This document shows, piece by piece, positions 1-9,910 of a DNA stretch of 64,000 bases. Numbering within the stretch: the first letter of the stretch is position 1; every line of letters starts with the position of its first letter. The notes under the pieces are model-generated. The model was given only the letters and a program-made list of their open reading frames with translations. It made no database searches and was not told the origin of the DNA. The stretch lies in the IMG/VR virus record IMGVR_UViG_3300014202_000564; one strand, given 5' to 3'. The DNA comes from a virus. Made by a program: the position numbers and the translations under genes.

Positions 1-207
1 AAACCATCAACAATCAGTGATAGCGATATCTCGCGTCGTAACACCATTGCAAAGCTTCTAGAGGAATGGGGGTTGGTGAAGGTCATTAACACTGGGGTTA
101 TTGTTGAAACATGTCCCCTGCATCATATCAAGATTCTATCATTCAAGGAAAAACCAGATTGGAAACTTGTTGCAAAATATACCATCGGCAAAAAACTCCC
201 AAAATAA
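1..207 (+). CDS. hypothetical protein, 5' end outside window
   Basis: frame 1 open from base 1 to TAA 205-207 (KPSTISDSD...KKLPK*); no start in window. Confidence 0.4.
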   Translation, partial: KPSTISDSDISRRNTIAKLLEEWGLVKVINTGVIVETCPLHHIKILSFKEKPDWKLVAKYTIGKKLPK

Positions 208-210
208 GTC

Positions 211-239
211 TTGACATTGATTAGTTAATAATATACAAT
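211..239 (+). promoter_or_regulatory. sigma70-type promoter
   Basis: TTGACA 211-216, 17-nt spacer, TACAAT 234-239; 8 nt before ATG 248. Confidence 0.45.
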
Positions 240-247
240 ATTGGGCA

Positions 248-547
248 ATGAATACCATACACCATAGGTTGATCAAACCTCCATCAGAAAAACAAGTGAA
301 ATTCTATAAAGCATTGGTGTTTCAAATTATCCCCAAAAAAGACCAGAAGGTATGGTTTAGTTTTTTAAATGATTATAATCTCAACCAGAAAGACCTGACC
401 TATAAAATAACAGAGCTTCGTAACATACAAAGTCAAAATATATCAAAAGATATTAAAAAATATGAAAAACAAGCATTAAATAAAATAATAAAACAGAGAC
501 AAATAGAAGAGGATAAGGTATTAAATTCACCATTTCCTGATGAGTAA
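248..547 (+). CDS. hypothetical protein
   Basis: 99-aa track ORF behind promoter 211-239; PSEKQVKFYKALV resembles PTEKQINFYKSLV of the 57055-57669 product. Confidence 0.6.
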   Translation: MNTIHHRLIKPPSEKQVKFYKALVFQIIPKKDQKVWFSFLNDYNLNQKDLTYKITELRNIQSQNISKDIKKYEKQALNKIIKQRQIEEDKVLNSPFPDE

Positions 548-1010
548 ACAATACCACCCATACATTTCATATAATTTATATTATGAATAATAGTCATCCG
601 TTCTAAATTAAGTGACTCACTTGAAAAAGAGTGAAGGGGTTTAGTGGATAAGTCTTCATGAATCACTAAATTCTACCGTTCCGGTGGTTGGGTTTATGTT
701 TACAAGCAACCAGGATGAAACAGAGCAGTCAACCGACTGGGGTGATCGAGGAACCTACTCGCGGTAACACAACACCGTCTCTTCATGAAGTAACTACCTA
801 CAAATAAGTAGGAGTGTCCTTAATCAGTGGATAGAGACCACGGCTCGCACCCGGCATCAAATTCCACTTGATGATGTCACCAGATTTTCTGGTGGACTTG
901 ACCTGCAACAATAGTTGTCACTGGTCATGGATTCTAGGGAATCTTTCTACCCACAATAATTTAAAATAGAACATCGAAGACGCGAAGCGAATATAGGACT
1001 TAATAATATT

Positions 1011-1607
1011 ATGAATTTTAAAGAGATTCTACCATTCCTACATAACTACTTCATATGTCCATCTCATAAAGTTATTATAAAAAATAAGGATTATGGGTAC
1101 GGACTATATCATGATCCTGATGATCAACTTCTTCATGCAGCATTTCAGGTCCTTGTTGATTATGTTGAGATTGACTGCACCTATGCTGGACCCGATTACC
1201 TCAATACTCCACTACAGAATCTTTTTGAACTATTGGATGAAATTCCAACCCTCAGATGGTTAATTCCTCACACATATCGAAGAAATGCTCTCCAGGGTCT
1301 TCTTAAATTAAAATGGGAAATGTCATTAAAAGATGAACACCCCTCTCAATCGGAATCTGCAGAAGCATTTTATAAACTCTATAAGTTTTGGAAACATGAT
1401 CGTCCACAACGACAAGACCCTTGGGATTTTGCAGAAGATGAAAGTTTTGAGCGATATGAACCCACACCACATGGGAAGTCTCGTAAATTTACAAAGATCT
1501 ACAGTCAAAAATTGAAAGAAGCTGGTGAATTGGAAGATAAATATCATGAAGAAGATCAAACAATGCTCCAATTGCTCATTAAACATCGTCGTTCTATGTG
1601 GGTGTAA
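1011..1607 (+). CDS. hypothetical protein
   Basis: 198-aa track ORF in plus-strand tiling; no motif recognised. Confidence 0.65.
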   Translation: MNFKEILPFLHNYFICPSHKVIIKNKDYGYGLYHDPDDQLLHAAFQVLVDYVEIDCTYAGPDYLNTPLQNLFELLDEIPTLRWLIPHTYRRNALQGLLKLKWEMSLKDEHPSQSESAEAFYKLYKFWKHDRPQRQDPWDFAEDESFERYEPTPHGKSRKFTKIYSQKLKEAGELEDKYHEEDQTMLQLLIKHRRSMWV

Positions 1608-1609
1608 CT

Positions 1610-2092
1610 ATGAAACTATCTCCTCATTTTTCTCTCTATGAGTTCACTCGATCAGAAACCGCTACTCGTTTGGATATTGACAACACACCAGACGATACAG
1701 TTATTGCCAATTTGCGCACTATTTGTGAAAAGGTTCTTGAACCTGTCAGGGCTCATTTTAAAAGACCAGTTCGAATCAATTCCGGTTATCGTTCACTAGC
1801 ACTGAATAAGGTGCTGAATCCATTTACTTCTGTTGCATCAAATATCAGTAAACATTGCTATGGTCAGGCAGTTGATTTTGAGATTGATGGTGTCCCCAAT
1901 TATGAGGTTGCATTGTGGTGTGCTGAGAATATTCCAGAGTTCCATCAGGTCATATTGGAGTTCTACACCCCAGGACAACCTAATTCTGGTTGGGTACATG
2001 TTTCATATGTGCCAGGAAACCAGAAGATGGAAGTTAAAACCGCACATAAAGTGAATGGAAAAACCATTTACACCCCCAGACTACTTGCATAA
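1610..2092 (+). CDS. peptidase M15-family cell-wall hydrolase (likely endolysin)
   Basis: LSPHFSLYEFTRSETA, INSGYRS, SKHCYGQAVDFEIDG match the phage M15 (VanY-like) zinc peptidase pattern; ATG 1610 follows the upstream stop (track start is 1598). Confidence 0.75.
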   Translation: MKLSPHFSLYEFTRSETATRLDIDNTPDDTVIANLRTICEKVLEPVRAHFKRPVRINSGYRSLALNKVLNPFTSVASNISKHCYGQAVDFEIDGVPNYEVALWCAENIPEFHQVILEFYTPGQPNSGWVHVSYVPGNQKMEVKTAHKVNGKTIYTPRLLA

Positions 2093-2113
2093 CCTATGTG
2101 ATTGTGTTATACT
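2085..2113 (+). promoter_or_regulatory. sigma70-type promoter (extended -10)
   Basis: TTGCAT 2085-2090, N17, TGtTATACT with -10 at 2108-2113; upstream of ATG 2140. Confidence 0.4.
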
Positions 2114-2139
2114 CCCTCAACTTGTAACGGAGGTTTGTA

Positions 2140-2550
2140 ATGTTTAATTCTATGATTGATGATGTGTGGGAATTTCAAGTCAAGAGTGAACAGCTTTCTC
2201 TCTACGATCCTGCAGCTCCTTCAGATAAACCAGAACTCTATCTAAAACTCGTCAAAGAAGAATACAAAGAGTTGATTGCGGCAGTTGAGTCCGGTGTTGA
2301 GAAAGACATCCTCAATGAAGCAATGGATCTTATTTGGGTGACCATAGGTCTCTGTAACGTCAAGGGACATCGTTTAGATGCTGCATGGAAGGTGTTGGCA
2401 CGTTCAAATATGGCGAAGTTACAGAAAGATCCTACCACAGGTAAGTTGCTGAGAAATTCAGAAGGTAAGATCATGAAGCCATCAAACTGGGAAAAACCAG
2501 ATTATGCTCCGTTTGTCTCACATATTAACAATAAGGGAGGGTTGCGATGA
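2140..2550 (+). CDS. MazG-like all-alpha nucleoside triphosphate pyrophosphohydrolase
   Basis: 136 aa; acidic helix pair LVKEEYKELIAAVE and NEAMDLIWV is typical of small MazG/HisE-like NTP-PPases. Confidence 0.55.
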   Translation: MFNSMIDDVWEFQVKSEQLSLYDPAAPSDKPELYLKLVKEEYKELIAAVESGVEKDILNEAMDLIWVTIGLCNVKGHRLDAAWKVLARSNMAKLQKDPTTGKLLRNSEGKIMKPSNWEKPDYAPFVSHINNKGGLR

Positions 2551-2891
2551 GTGATGTGAAATTGGTTCTCTTCAATAATGGTCTACAGCTTGTTGGTGAA
2601 TTCACTGAGGTTGATGCTACCATCGGTAAAGTGACAATCAAGAAACCGGTTCAGTTGGTTATTGGTCCTCGCACAGAAGCAGAAGCAGCACAGGGTAAGG
2701 TGGGTATGGCATTCACCCCATTCATGCAGTATACAGTTGAGTGGGAAAGTGGAGTTGTGTTTTCTGCAAACGATATTCTTTCTGTCTTGACCCCGATGGC
2801 AGATCTAGTTAATAACTATAGCACCAATTTTGGTAGTGGATTGGTTCTTCCTGGTGGTGCGTCAGGGTTGGTGTTGCCGAGCGGTCGTTAA
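2547..2891 (+). CDS. hypothetical protein
   Basis: 114-aa track ORF; ATGA start/stop overlap with the upstream gene. Confidence 0.6.
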   Translation: MSDVKLVLFNNGLQLVGEFTEVDATIGKVTIKKPVQLVIGPRTEAEAAQGKVGMAFTPFMQYTVEWESGVVFSANDILSVLTPMADLVNNYSTNFGSGLVLPGGASGLVLPSGR

Positions 2892-2916
2892 TTCCATTTG
2901 TGAAAGCATTTCATTT

Positions 2917-5463
2917 ATGAAATTTTATACGCATGTTGCCTGCAGGGGCAACTACATTTATTATCGTGGTGTTGATAACGGTCGGCGAGTACGCTTGAAG
3001 AAAGAATACTCACCTACTCTTTTTGTCCCTTCCCATTCTCCCCTCTCCACTACTTGGAAAGATCTTCATGGCAATGCGGTGGATACCCTCAAATTTTCCT
3101 CGATTTATGAAGCGCGGGAATATCTAACAAAATACAAAGATGTCGATGGGTTCACTATCTACGGAAATACGAAATTCGAATACACTTTCATTTCTGACCA
3201 ACATCCAGAAGATACTATTGATTGGAACATTTCTGATGTTGTGGTTGCGTATATTGACATCGAAGTCGGCACCGAGCATGGTATGCCGAATATTGAGAAA
3301 TGTGAAAACCCAATTACCGCTATCACAGTGAAGCTGTCCAATCGTTCTTACTATGATGTGTTTGGTTGTGGGTCTTATAAAGAACATCGCGGGGACATCA
3401 AATATCATCGCTGCAGAGATGAACATGATTTGATTGAGCAGTTTTTGGAATTTTGGAAAGAGGAATACCCTGATGTGATTACTGGGTGGAATGTAAAGAC
3501 CTTCGATATTCCTTATATTGTGGGTCGTATTTGTGCTCTACCTCTTTTTGGTGAGGAGAAAGCTAAATGGTTATCTCCTTGGGGTAAGATTACCCTCAAC
3601 ACTGAACATTTCTATGGTAAAGAACAACGAGTGTTTGACATTCTGGGTATATCGACACTAGACTATTTACAGCTCTTTAGAAAGTATTCCCCCAAGAGTA
3701 ACCAAGAATCCTACAAGCTTGATCATATCGCTCATGTGGAGCTGAAAGAGAGAAAGCTGGACTATTCTGATTATGACAACCTTCATGATTTGTACAGGAG
3801 TAACTACCAGCGGTTTATTGAGTACAATATTCATGACGTTGAATTGGTGGAAAAGTTAAATGTGAAGGGTCGGTTGATCGACATGGCACTTACCCTCGCA
3901 TATGATAACAAGACCAATTATGAAGACATGTTTAGTCAGGTTCGCATGTGGGATACAATTTGCTACAACCATCTGCGAAAGAAGAATATCGTTATCCCAC
4001 CAAAAAAACAAAATCATAAGACTAAAGCATACGAGGGGGCTTATGTAAAGGACCCTCAAATGGGGTTGCATCGGTTAGTTGGTTCATTTGACTTAGATAG
4101 TCTTTATCCACATTTAATGATGCAGTATAATCTTTCACCTGAAACATTAATCGAACCGAAAGATTACACTGAACCGATGAAGGAACTTTTGAGACTGAAT
4201 ATCACAGTTGATTCCTTTTTAGATCAAAAGTTAGATTTGTCGGTGTTGGAAGGGTGCACCATCACACCAAATGGGCAGTTGTTTAGAACTGATAAGCAGG
4301 GGTTTCTTGCTGAGATTATGGAAACGATGTATAATGCCCGCGTCATCTATAAGAAAAAGCAAATAGAGGCTCAAAAAGAAAAAGAAAATTGCACAGATCC
4401 TACTCGAAAGAAAGAGTTGGAGAATCTTATTTCTAGGTATATGAACCTTCAGCTTGCCAAGAAGGTCAATCTTGTTTCCGCATACGGTGCAATGGGTAAT
4501 GAATATTTTAGATTCTTTGATGTGCGAATTGCCGAAGCAGTCACCCTTGCTGGTCAATTGAGTATTCGTTGGATAGAGAAAAAACTCAATGAGTTTATGA
4601 ATAAGATGTTAAAGACGAATAAAGATTATGTTCTAGCATCAGACACCGATTCCATCTATTTGAGCTTAGAAGGTCTAGCTCGTATGGTGTTTGGGGACAA
4701 TCTTCCAAGTACACCAGAGTTGATTGATTGGATGGACAAAGCCTGCCAGAAAATTAACCTATTCATAGAAAAGTCATACAAAGAACTTGCTGTGTATGTT
4801 CGAGCCTATAAGCAGAAGATGAGGATGAAGAGGGAGTGTCTTGCTGACACGGCAATATGGACTGCCAAGAAGAGATACATTCTGAATGTCTGGGATCAAG
4901 AAGGAGTTCGTTATAAAGAACCAGATTTAAAAATTAAGGGGTTGGAAGCTGTAAAGTCATCTACTCCTTCCGCATGCAGAGATAAAATTAAAGAAGCACT
5001 TAAGATTATTATGACGGGGACAGAAGAGAATGTTATAGACTTCATCTATCAGTTCAGAAAGGAGTTTAACACTCTACCACTATCTGAGATTGGGTTTCCC
5101 AGAACTGTCAATAAGTTAGAAGAATATACAGACATGAAGGATATATACATCAAAGGGTCGCCCATGCATGTGAAAGCTGCTTTGGTCTATAATAACTTCA
5201 TTAAAGAAAAAAACCTCGATGGGACATATGAGTTGATCAAGAGTGGCGAGAAGATCAAATTCATTTCCCTCAAGAGTCCAAATCCTCTTGGTGTTCCTGT
5301 TATCGCATTTCTTTCTCGTATTCCAAAGGAATTGAATTTAGAGTCTATGGTGGATTATCGATACCAATTTGAAAAGAGTTTTATTGAACCATTGCGAATT
5401 GTCCTAGATAAGATAAATTGGCACACAGAGAAAACCAGTACATTAGAGGGGTTCTTTAAGTGA
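2917..5463 (+). CDS. gp43: family B DNA polymerase (T4 gp43-like)
   Basis: ExoI YIDIEVG, ExoII YNIHDVELV, motif A DLDSLYPHLMMQYN, motif B KKVNLVSAYGAMG, motif C LASDTDSIY; start moved to ATG 2917 (MKFYTHV) because track start 2830 overlaps the upstream ORF. Confidence 0.93.
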   Translation: MKFYTHVACRGNYIYYRGVDNGRRVRLKKEYSPTLFVPSHSPLSTTWKDLHGNAVDTLKFSSIYEAREYLTKYKDVDGFTIYGNTKFEYTFISDQHPEDTIDWNISDVVVAYIDIEVGTEHGMPNIEKCENPITAITVKLSNRSYYDVFGCGSYKEHRGDIKYHRCRDEHDLIEQFLEFWKEEYPDVITGWNVKTFDIPYIVGRICALPLFGEEKAKWLSPWGKITLNTEHFYGKEQRVFDILGISTLDYLQLFRKYSPKSNQESYKLDHIAHVELKERKLDYSDYDNLHDLYRSNYQRFIEYNIHDVELVEKLNVKGRLIDMALTLAYDNKTNYEDMFSQVRMWDTICYNHLRKKNIVIPPKKQNHKTKAYEGAYVKDPQMGLHRLVGSFDLDSLYPHLMMQYNLSPETLIEPKDYTEPMKELLRLNITVDSFLDQKLDLSVLEGCTITPNGQLFRTDKQGFLAEIMETMYNARVIYKKKQIEAQKEKENCTDPTRKKELENLISRYMNLQLAKKVNLVSAYGAMGNEYFRFFDVRIAEAVTLAGQLSIRWIEKKLNEFMNKMLKTNKDYVLASDTDSIYLSLEGLARMVFGDNLPSTPELIDWMDKACQKINLFIEKSYKELAVYVRAYKQKMRMKRECLADTAIWTAKKRYILNVWDQEGVRYKEPDLKIKGLEAVKSSTPSACRDKIKEALKIIMTGTEENVIDFIYQFRKEFNTLPLSEIGFPRTVNKLEEYTDMKDIYIKGSPMHVKAALVYNNFIKEKNLDGTYELIKSGEKIKFISLKSPNPLGVPVIAFLSRIPKELNLESMVDYRYQFEKSFIEPLRIVLDKINWHTEKTSTLEGFFK

Positions 5464-5651
5464 CACCACATGAAATTTATGCTGAAACAAATTGGCGTCC
5501 GGTGTCGTTGGTTCATTGTATTCGTTGTGGGGGTGAGTATCACCCCACTGAGTTATTGTTGATTGATCTTGGTAATTGGATATGTCCGTCAGAAGGTTGC
5601 AGGGGAAGTTGGGGAGCATCCATATTCCCCATAGTTACATCAGAAGAATAG
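5460..5651 (+). CDS. small zinc-ribbon-like protein
   Basis: 63 aa; GTG start overlaps the pol stop (GTGA); Cys pairs CIRCGG ... CPSEGC. Confidence 0.5.
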   Translation: MTPHEIYAETNWRPVSLVHCIRCGGEYHPTELLLIDLGNWICPSEGCRGSWGASIFPIVTSEE

Positions 5652-5661
5652 GAGATTGATT

Positions 5662-6687
5662 ATGTCATTGATGGATCGTATGAAAAAACAGACAACAATT
5701 GATATTGCTAATGCACTAGATGATTCTGACATTTTTAGTGATCGTCAGGTTATCCCCACAGAAATTCCAATTTTAAACATTGCTCTACAGGGTAGTTTGC
5801 AAGGTGGACTCACTTCTGGTGTCACACAGATTGCAGGACCATCGAAGCATTTTAAGTCGTTAATTGCATTGTTCATGATGCGGTCATTCCAGAAGAAATA
5901 TCCTGATGGTGCGGTGTTGTTCTATGACTCTGAATTTGGTACCCCAAAGGGATACTTCAAATCTTTTGGAATTGATATGAGCAGGGTTTTGCATTGTCCA
6001 ATTGTCGATGTTGAGCAATTCAAGCATGACATCATGGTTCAGTTGAAGGAATTTAAGCGCGGTGAGAAAGTCCTTATTGTTATCGATTCATTGGGTCAAT
6101 TAGCATCTTCGAAGGAAGTTGATGATACGCTAGAGGGTAAAGCAGTTGCGGACATGACCCGCGCTAAATCAATCAAGTCCTTGTTCAGAATGATTACCCC
6201 ACACCTAAGAATCAAGGATATCCCTATGGTGGTCATTAACCACACCTATAAAGAGCTTGGGATGTATCCAAAGGATATTGTTGGTGGTGGCACTGGTAGT
6301 TATTTTGCAGCAGATACCATTTGGATTGTTGGAAGGCAGCAGAATAAGGTTGATGGTGAAGTTGCAGGTTATAATTTCGTGTTGAATGTTGAGAAATCTA
6401 GGTATGTCAAAGAGAAGTCTAAATTTGGACTAACTGTTACGTTTGAAAATGGTATCGAAATTTACTCTGGTCTTCTTGAGTTGGCTCTTGAGGGTGGGTT
6501 CGTCACAAAACCATCACCAGGTTGGTATGTGAAAAAAGGAACCGCTAACAAGGTTCGTGAGTCGGAGACAAAAACAGAGGCATTTTGGAAGGATCTTCTT
6601 AAAGATGGAGAATTTAATGAATTTATTAAGAAGCATTGTGAAGTGGCTTATGGGGATCTTGTCGATTCAAAAGAAAGCGACGAGTAA
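5662..6687 (+). CDS. uvsX: UvsX-like RecA-family recombinase
   Basis: collinear with T4 UvsX: Walker A GPSKHFKS, DSLGQLASSKE, MTRAKSIKSLFR, VINHTY, NVEKSRYVKEKSKF; ATG 5662 lies 7 nt after GGAG. Confidence 0.92.
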   Translation: MSLMDRMKKQTTIDIANALDDSDIFSDRQVIPTEIPILNIALQGSLQGGLTSGVTQIAGPSKHFKSLIALFMMRSFQKKYPDGAVLFYDSEFGTPKGYFKSFGIDMSRVLHCPIVDVEQFKHDIMVQLKEFKRGEKVLIVIDSLGQLASSKEVDDTLEGKAVADMTRAKSIKSLFRMITPHLRIKDIPMVVINHTYKELGMYPKDIVGGGTGSYFAADTIWIVGRQQNKVDGEVAGYNFVLNVEKSRYVKEKSKFGLTVTFENGIEIYSGLLELALEGGFVTKPSPGWYVKKGTANKVRESETKTEAFWKDLLKDGEFNEFIKKHCEVAYGDLVDSKESDE

Positions 6688-7024
6688 CCCACTCCCACAA
6701 GAAGAGGTTGATTACACTTTTACTGAATTGGTTATTGGTGAAGATGTACTGAGTGCCATAAAGATCATTGACGGTTCATATAGCGGTGTGGTATATTATT
6801 ATGGGCGAGTGAAGGTCATTCCACCAGAAATTCCTGAAACACCAGCAATCCTGTCATTTGATTACAGGGTTCATTCTCTACCAGATGGTATGGACCATCG
6901 TGCGGTGAAGGGGGATGATTTCAAACAACGTGCTGGTGATATATTGACTGCTATTCTTTTAGATAATGGGAAGGGAGAGTATGCTACGATTAGAGAGCAC
7001 GATTCTAAAGAACCTCATCTATAA
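6650..7024 (+). CDS. hypothetical protein (start uncertain)
   Basis: track ORF 6557-7024 overlaps the uvsX 3' end; ATG 6650 is the last in-frame ATG before the uvsX stop; no motif recognised. Confidence 0.4.
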   Translation: MGILSIQKKATSNPLPQEEVDYTFTELVIGEDVLSAIKIIDGSYSGVVYYYGRVKVIPPEIPETPAILSFDYRVHSLPDGMDHRAVKGDDFKQRAGDILTAILLDNGKGEYATIREHDSKEPHL

Positions 7025-8393
7025 TGAATCATATATGAGAAAGGTTATTCCCTTTCTCAAAGCAGAATACTTTAAAGAACAAACAGAACGGTTGCTGTTT
7101 ACACATATCTCTCGCTTTATCGAGAAGTTTAAATCTCTCCCCACATTTGAAGCATTAATTATTGAAATCACAGAGTCCACCAATACCAAAGAAGAGCAGA
7201 TTAAGGATGCGGTTGATCTACTAAAAGATATCAACCTGGATAAAGCTGAACCGACAGATATTCCTTGGCTTTTGGGACAAACGGAAAAGTTTTGTAAAGA
7301 TTCTGCATTGTATAATGCGGTCCTTGAAGCAGTGTCCATCATGGATGAGTCGGACAAGAAGAACAAGAAACCAAGGGAAGTCATTCCCTTCATTCTTCAG
7401 CAAGCACTCTCCGTTTCTTTTGATCCTCATGTGGGTCATGATTATATGCTGCAATCTGATGATCGGTTTGCTGCATACCATAAGAAAGAAAAAAAGATTC
7501 CATTTGATCTTGAATTTTTCAACAAGATAACTAAGGGTGGGTTTTCGGTTAAGACCCTTAATGTGTTCCTCGCCGGAACTGGTGTTGGAAAAACCTTGCT
7601 CATGTGTCATTTAGCTGGTGCTGCTCTTTCTGCAGGGTACAATGTTGTGTATATCACACTTGAAATGGCAGAAGAGAAGATAGCTGAGAGAATTGACGCC
7701 AACTTGCTAAATGTTAAATTGGATGATTTGGAGAAAATTTCAAAACAAGACTATGACCGTAGGTTTTCTATATTTAAAAATAAAACACAGGGTAAGTTGA
7801 TTGTTAAGGAATTCCCCACTGCATCAGCATCTTGTCACCACTTTAGGGGGTTGTTGAGTGAGCTTGCACTTAAGAAGTCGTTCAAACCAGATTTGATTTT
7901 TGTTGATTATATCAATATATGTGCATCAGCTAGAATTAAAATGGGCGGTGGTGCCAACAGTTATGAATATGTTAAGGCAATAGCAGAAGAATTGCGGGGT
8001 CTCGCAGTCGAGTACTGCGTACCTTTGGTTACCGCTACGCAGACAACAAGAAGTGGATTTGAAAGTACAGATCTTGAGTTGACTGATACTTCAGAGTCGT
8101 TTGGTTTACCTGCTACAGCAGACTTCTTTGCCGCCATCATAAGTACTGAAGATCTAGAAAAGATGGGTCAATACATGATCAAGCAGTTGAAGAACAGGTA
8201 TAACGACAAGGCGAACAATAAGAGGTTTGTTATTGGGGTGGATAAACCAAAGATGAGATTGCATGACGTTTCACAAACAGCACAACAAGGATTACAAGAT
8301 GCTGGGCAAACCACACCCAATGTAGCACAAGAAAGAAAACCATTTGAGAGAAAACCGATCAATAAAGACGATCTATCTAAATTTAAGTTCTAG
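6981..8393 (+). CDS. gp41: replicative DNA helicase (T4 gp41 / DnaB-like)
   Basis: collinear with T4 gp41: ALSVSFDPHVGHDY, Walker A GTGVGKT, LEMAEEKIAERIDAN, AIAEELRGLAVE, GLPATADF; ATG 6981 follows GGGAGAG. Confidence 0.93.
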   Translation: MLRLESTILKNLIYNESYMRKVIPFLKAEYFKEQTERLLFTHISRFIEKFKSLPTFEALIIEITESTNTKEEQIKDAVDLLKDINLDKAEPTDIPWLLGQTEKFCKDSALYNAVLEAVSIMDESDKKNKKPREVIPFILQQALSVSFDPHVGHDYMLQSDDRFAAYHKKEKKIPFDLEFFNKITKGGFSVKTLNVFLAGTGVGKTLLMCHLAGAALSAGYNVVYITLEMAEEKIAERIDANLLNVKLDDLEKISKQDYDRRFSIFKNKTQGKLIVKEFPTASASCHHFRGLLSELALKKSFKPDLIFVDYINICASARIKMGGGANSYEYVKAIAEELRGLAVEYCVPLVTATQTTRSGFESTDLELTDTSESFGLPATADFFAAIISTEDLEKMGQYMIKQLKNRYNDKANNKRFVIGVDKPKMRLHDVSQTAQQGLQDAGQTTPNVAQERKPFERKPINKDDLSKFKF

Positions 8394-8972
8394 GTGAAGA
8401 TGATGAAAAGCTACATTACAGTATTAGATGGTGCGCTTACCCATAGTTTTTGTGTTGGTATGATTGAGAAGTTTGAGAAGAATGAAGAGCATGAGCAGGA
8501 AGACACCGATTGGGGAAACCGACACTTCAAAGAAATCAATATCACTTCCCATACGAATTGGGAAAAAGAAAATGACACAATGGTTAGGTCTGTGAATCAG
8601 TTATGGCGCGCTTATGCGCAGGAACATAAAATACTTCTTGATTCGCAGTGGCCCAAGACATTTGGATTTGAACAGTTCAGGATGAAGAGATATTTACCAA
8701 ACAATAAAGATGAATTTTCATTTCATACTGATGTTGGGAGCTATGCCTCATCGAGAAGATTTTTGTCGTTTTTGTGGTATTTGAATACGGTGGATCGCGG
8801 TGGTATGACTAATTTTGGTTATGAGCCAGCTTGTCCGCAGCCGTTTGCGTCGGTCCCTGCAGTAGAGGGAAGGGTCCTCATGTTCCCCCCTCTATGGACC
8901 TATCCCCATTGGGGAGAAAAACCAATTAGTGGTCCTAAGTATATTGTTTCTGGTTACTTACATTACCTCTAA
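8394..8972 (+). CDS. 2OG-Fe(II) oxygenase (prolyl-4-hydroxylase-like)
   Basis: HxD...H pattern: FSFHTDVG ... YPHWGEKP; GTG 8394 or ATG 8400/8403 are possible starts. Confidence 0.65.
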   Translation: MKMMKSYITVLDGALTHSFCVGMIEKFEKNEEHEQEDTDWGNRHFKEINITSHTNWEKENDTMVRSVNQLWRAYAQEHKILLDSQWPKTFGFEQFRMKRYLPNNKDEFSFHTDVGSYASSRRFLSFLWYLNTVDRGGMTNFGYEPACPQPFASVPAVEGRVLMFPPLWTYPHWGEKPISGPKYIVSGYLHYL

Positions 8973-8992
8973 ATATTGACGAAATATTATGT

Positions 8993-9910
8993 ATGCCAAA
9001 TCTTACAGATTTATCTGATGTCAATGAACTTTTCATACTATTTCTCCTTTCCAGTGAAACTTGGTCTTCCCAGGAAGTCAAGGATATCTTTGATAAGAAA
9101 TATCAATCCATAGGGGAAGAAGAAGCTTCATTGCAATTAGAGAGAGCGCGGTTCATGGTCCAAGCATTCCTTTCCTGGGCAGAACAAGCTGGATATCTGA
9201 CACCTATAAAAAATGTCTGGTGGACTGGTAGACCCGGAACACTTCAAAGTATTTTCCAGATCAATATCGATCAGAGAAAGAACCCAACAGATATATTGGT
9301 TCAGTTTACTGACGGACCATCGGATGGGTATTTGGGGATGTCTGCAAAATCAACTCGCGGTCGTTCTGATATCAGTTTCAAAAACCTAGGAGTTGGTTCA
9401 GTCGAGACTGACTTACAAATAGATATCAGTTCAGCGACAAACCAAATGACTGATGATGTGATAAAACAGTTGGGGCTTCCGGTGCAGATGGAAGAGAGGA
9501 AGACCTTTATACGCAGCAATCCTGAAATTAGGTCGTTGACGAGACAAGCAGGTACCCAAATACTAGAAAAGGTTCGGGATATTCTATTTGATAAGCTAAA
9601 AGAGTTTGACGATGAGTATCTAAAGTGTTATATTCTTGATACCTGGTTAAATGCATCAGTCGATAAATATCCACCATACATTAAGGTTACTGGGATAGGT
9701 AAGAAATTAGGGTCCATTCGAGCAAGGGTTGAACATCCCCTGGATAATGATAAAGTTCGCTCGTTGTCTCAGGGGTTGATATATATTGAAAAGTATGGTT
9801 GGGCGAGTGTTGGGGTCAGTGGTTCGGATAAGAGAGTGATGAAGATTCGAGCAAAGTATAGTTCTGAAAAGTTAGCATCATCTTTAAAACTTATGGGTGA
9901 TCCGTGGTAA
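8993..9910 (+). CDS. hypothetical protein
   Basis: 305-aa track ORF; no motif recognised. Confidence 0.65.
   Translation: MPNLTDLSDVNELFILFLLSSETWSSQEVKDIFDKKYQSIGEEEASLQLERARFMVQAFLSWAEQAGYLTPIKNVWWTGRPGTLQSIFQINIDQRKNPTDILVQFTDGPSDGYLGMSAKSTRGRSDISFKNLGVGSVETDLQIDISSATNQMTDDVIKQLGLPVQMEERKTFIRSNPEIRSLTRQAGTQILEKVRDILFDKLKEFDDEYLKCYILDTWLNASVDKYPPYIKVTGIGKKLGSIRARVEHPLDNDKVRSLSQGLIYIEKYGWASVGVSGSDKRVMKIRAKYSSEKLASSLKLMGDPW

Noticed and set aside
667-1010. tRNA gene(s) in the ORF-free gaps (667-1010, 38716-39013, 51765-51994)
   Set aside because: I found no cloverleaf, meaning no GTTCGAATC-type T-loop and no matching acceptor stems. AGTGGATAGAG at ~826 resembles a D-loop, but flanking stems do not pair.
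2830-2916. N-terminal extension of the DNA polymerase from track start 2830
   Set aside because: The extension (MVVDWFFLVVRQGWCC...) overlaps the 3' end of the previous ORF and looks non-protein-like. ATG 2917 (MKFYTHVACRG...) matches where PolB homology begins.
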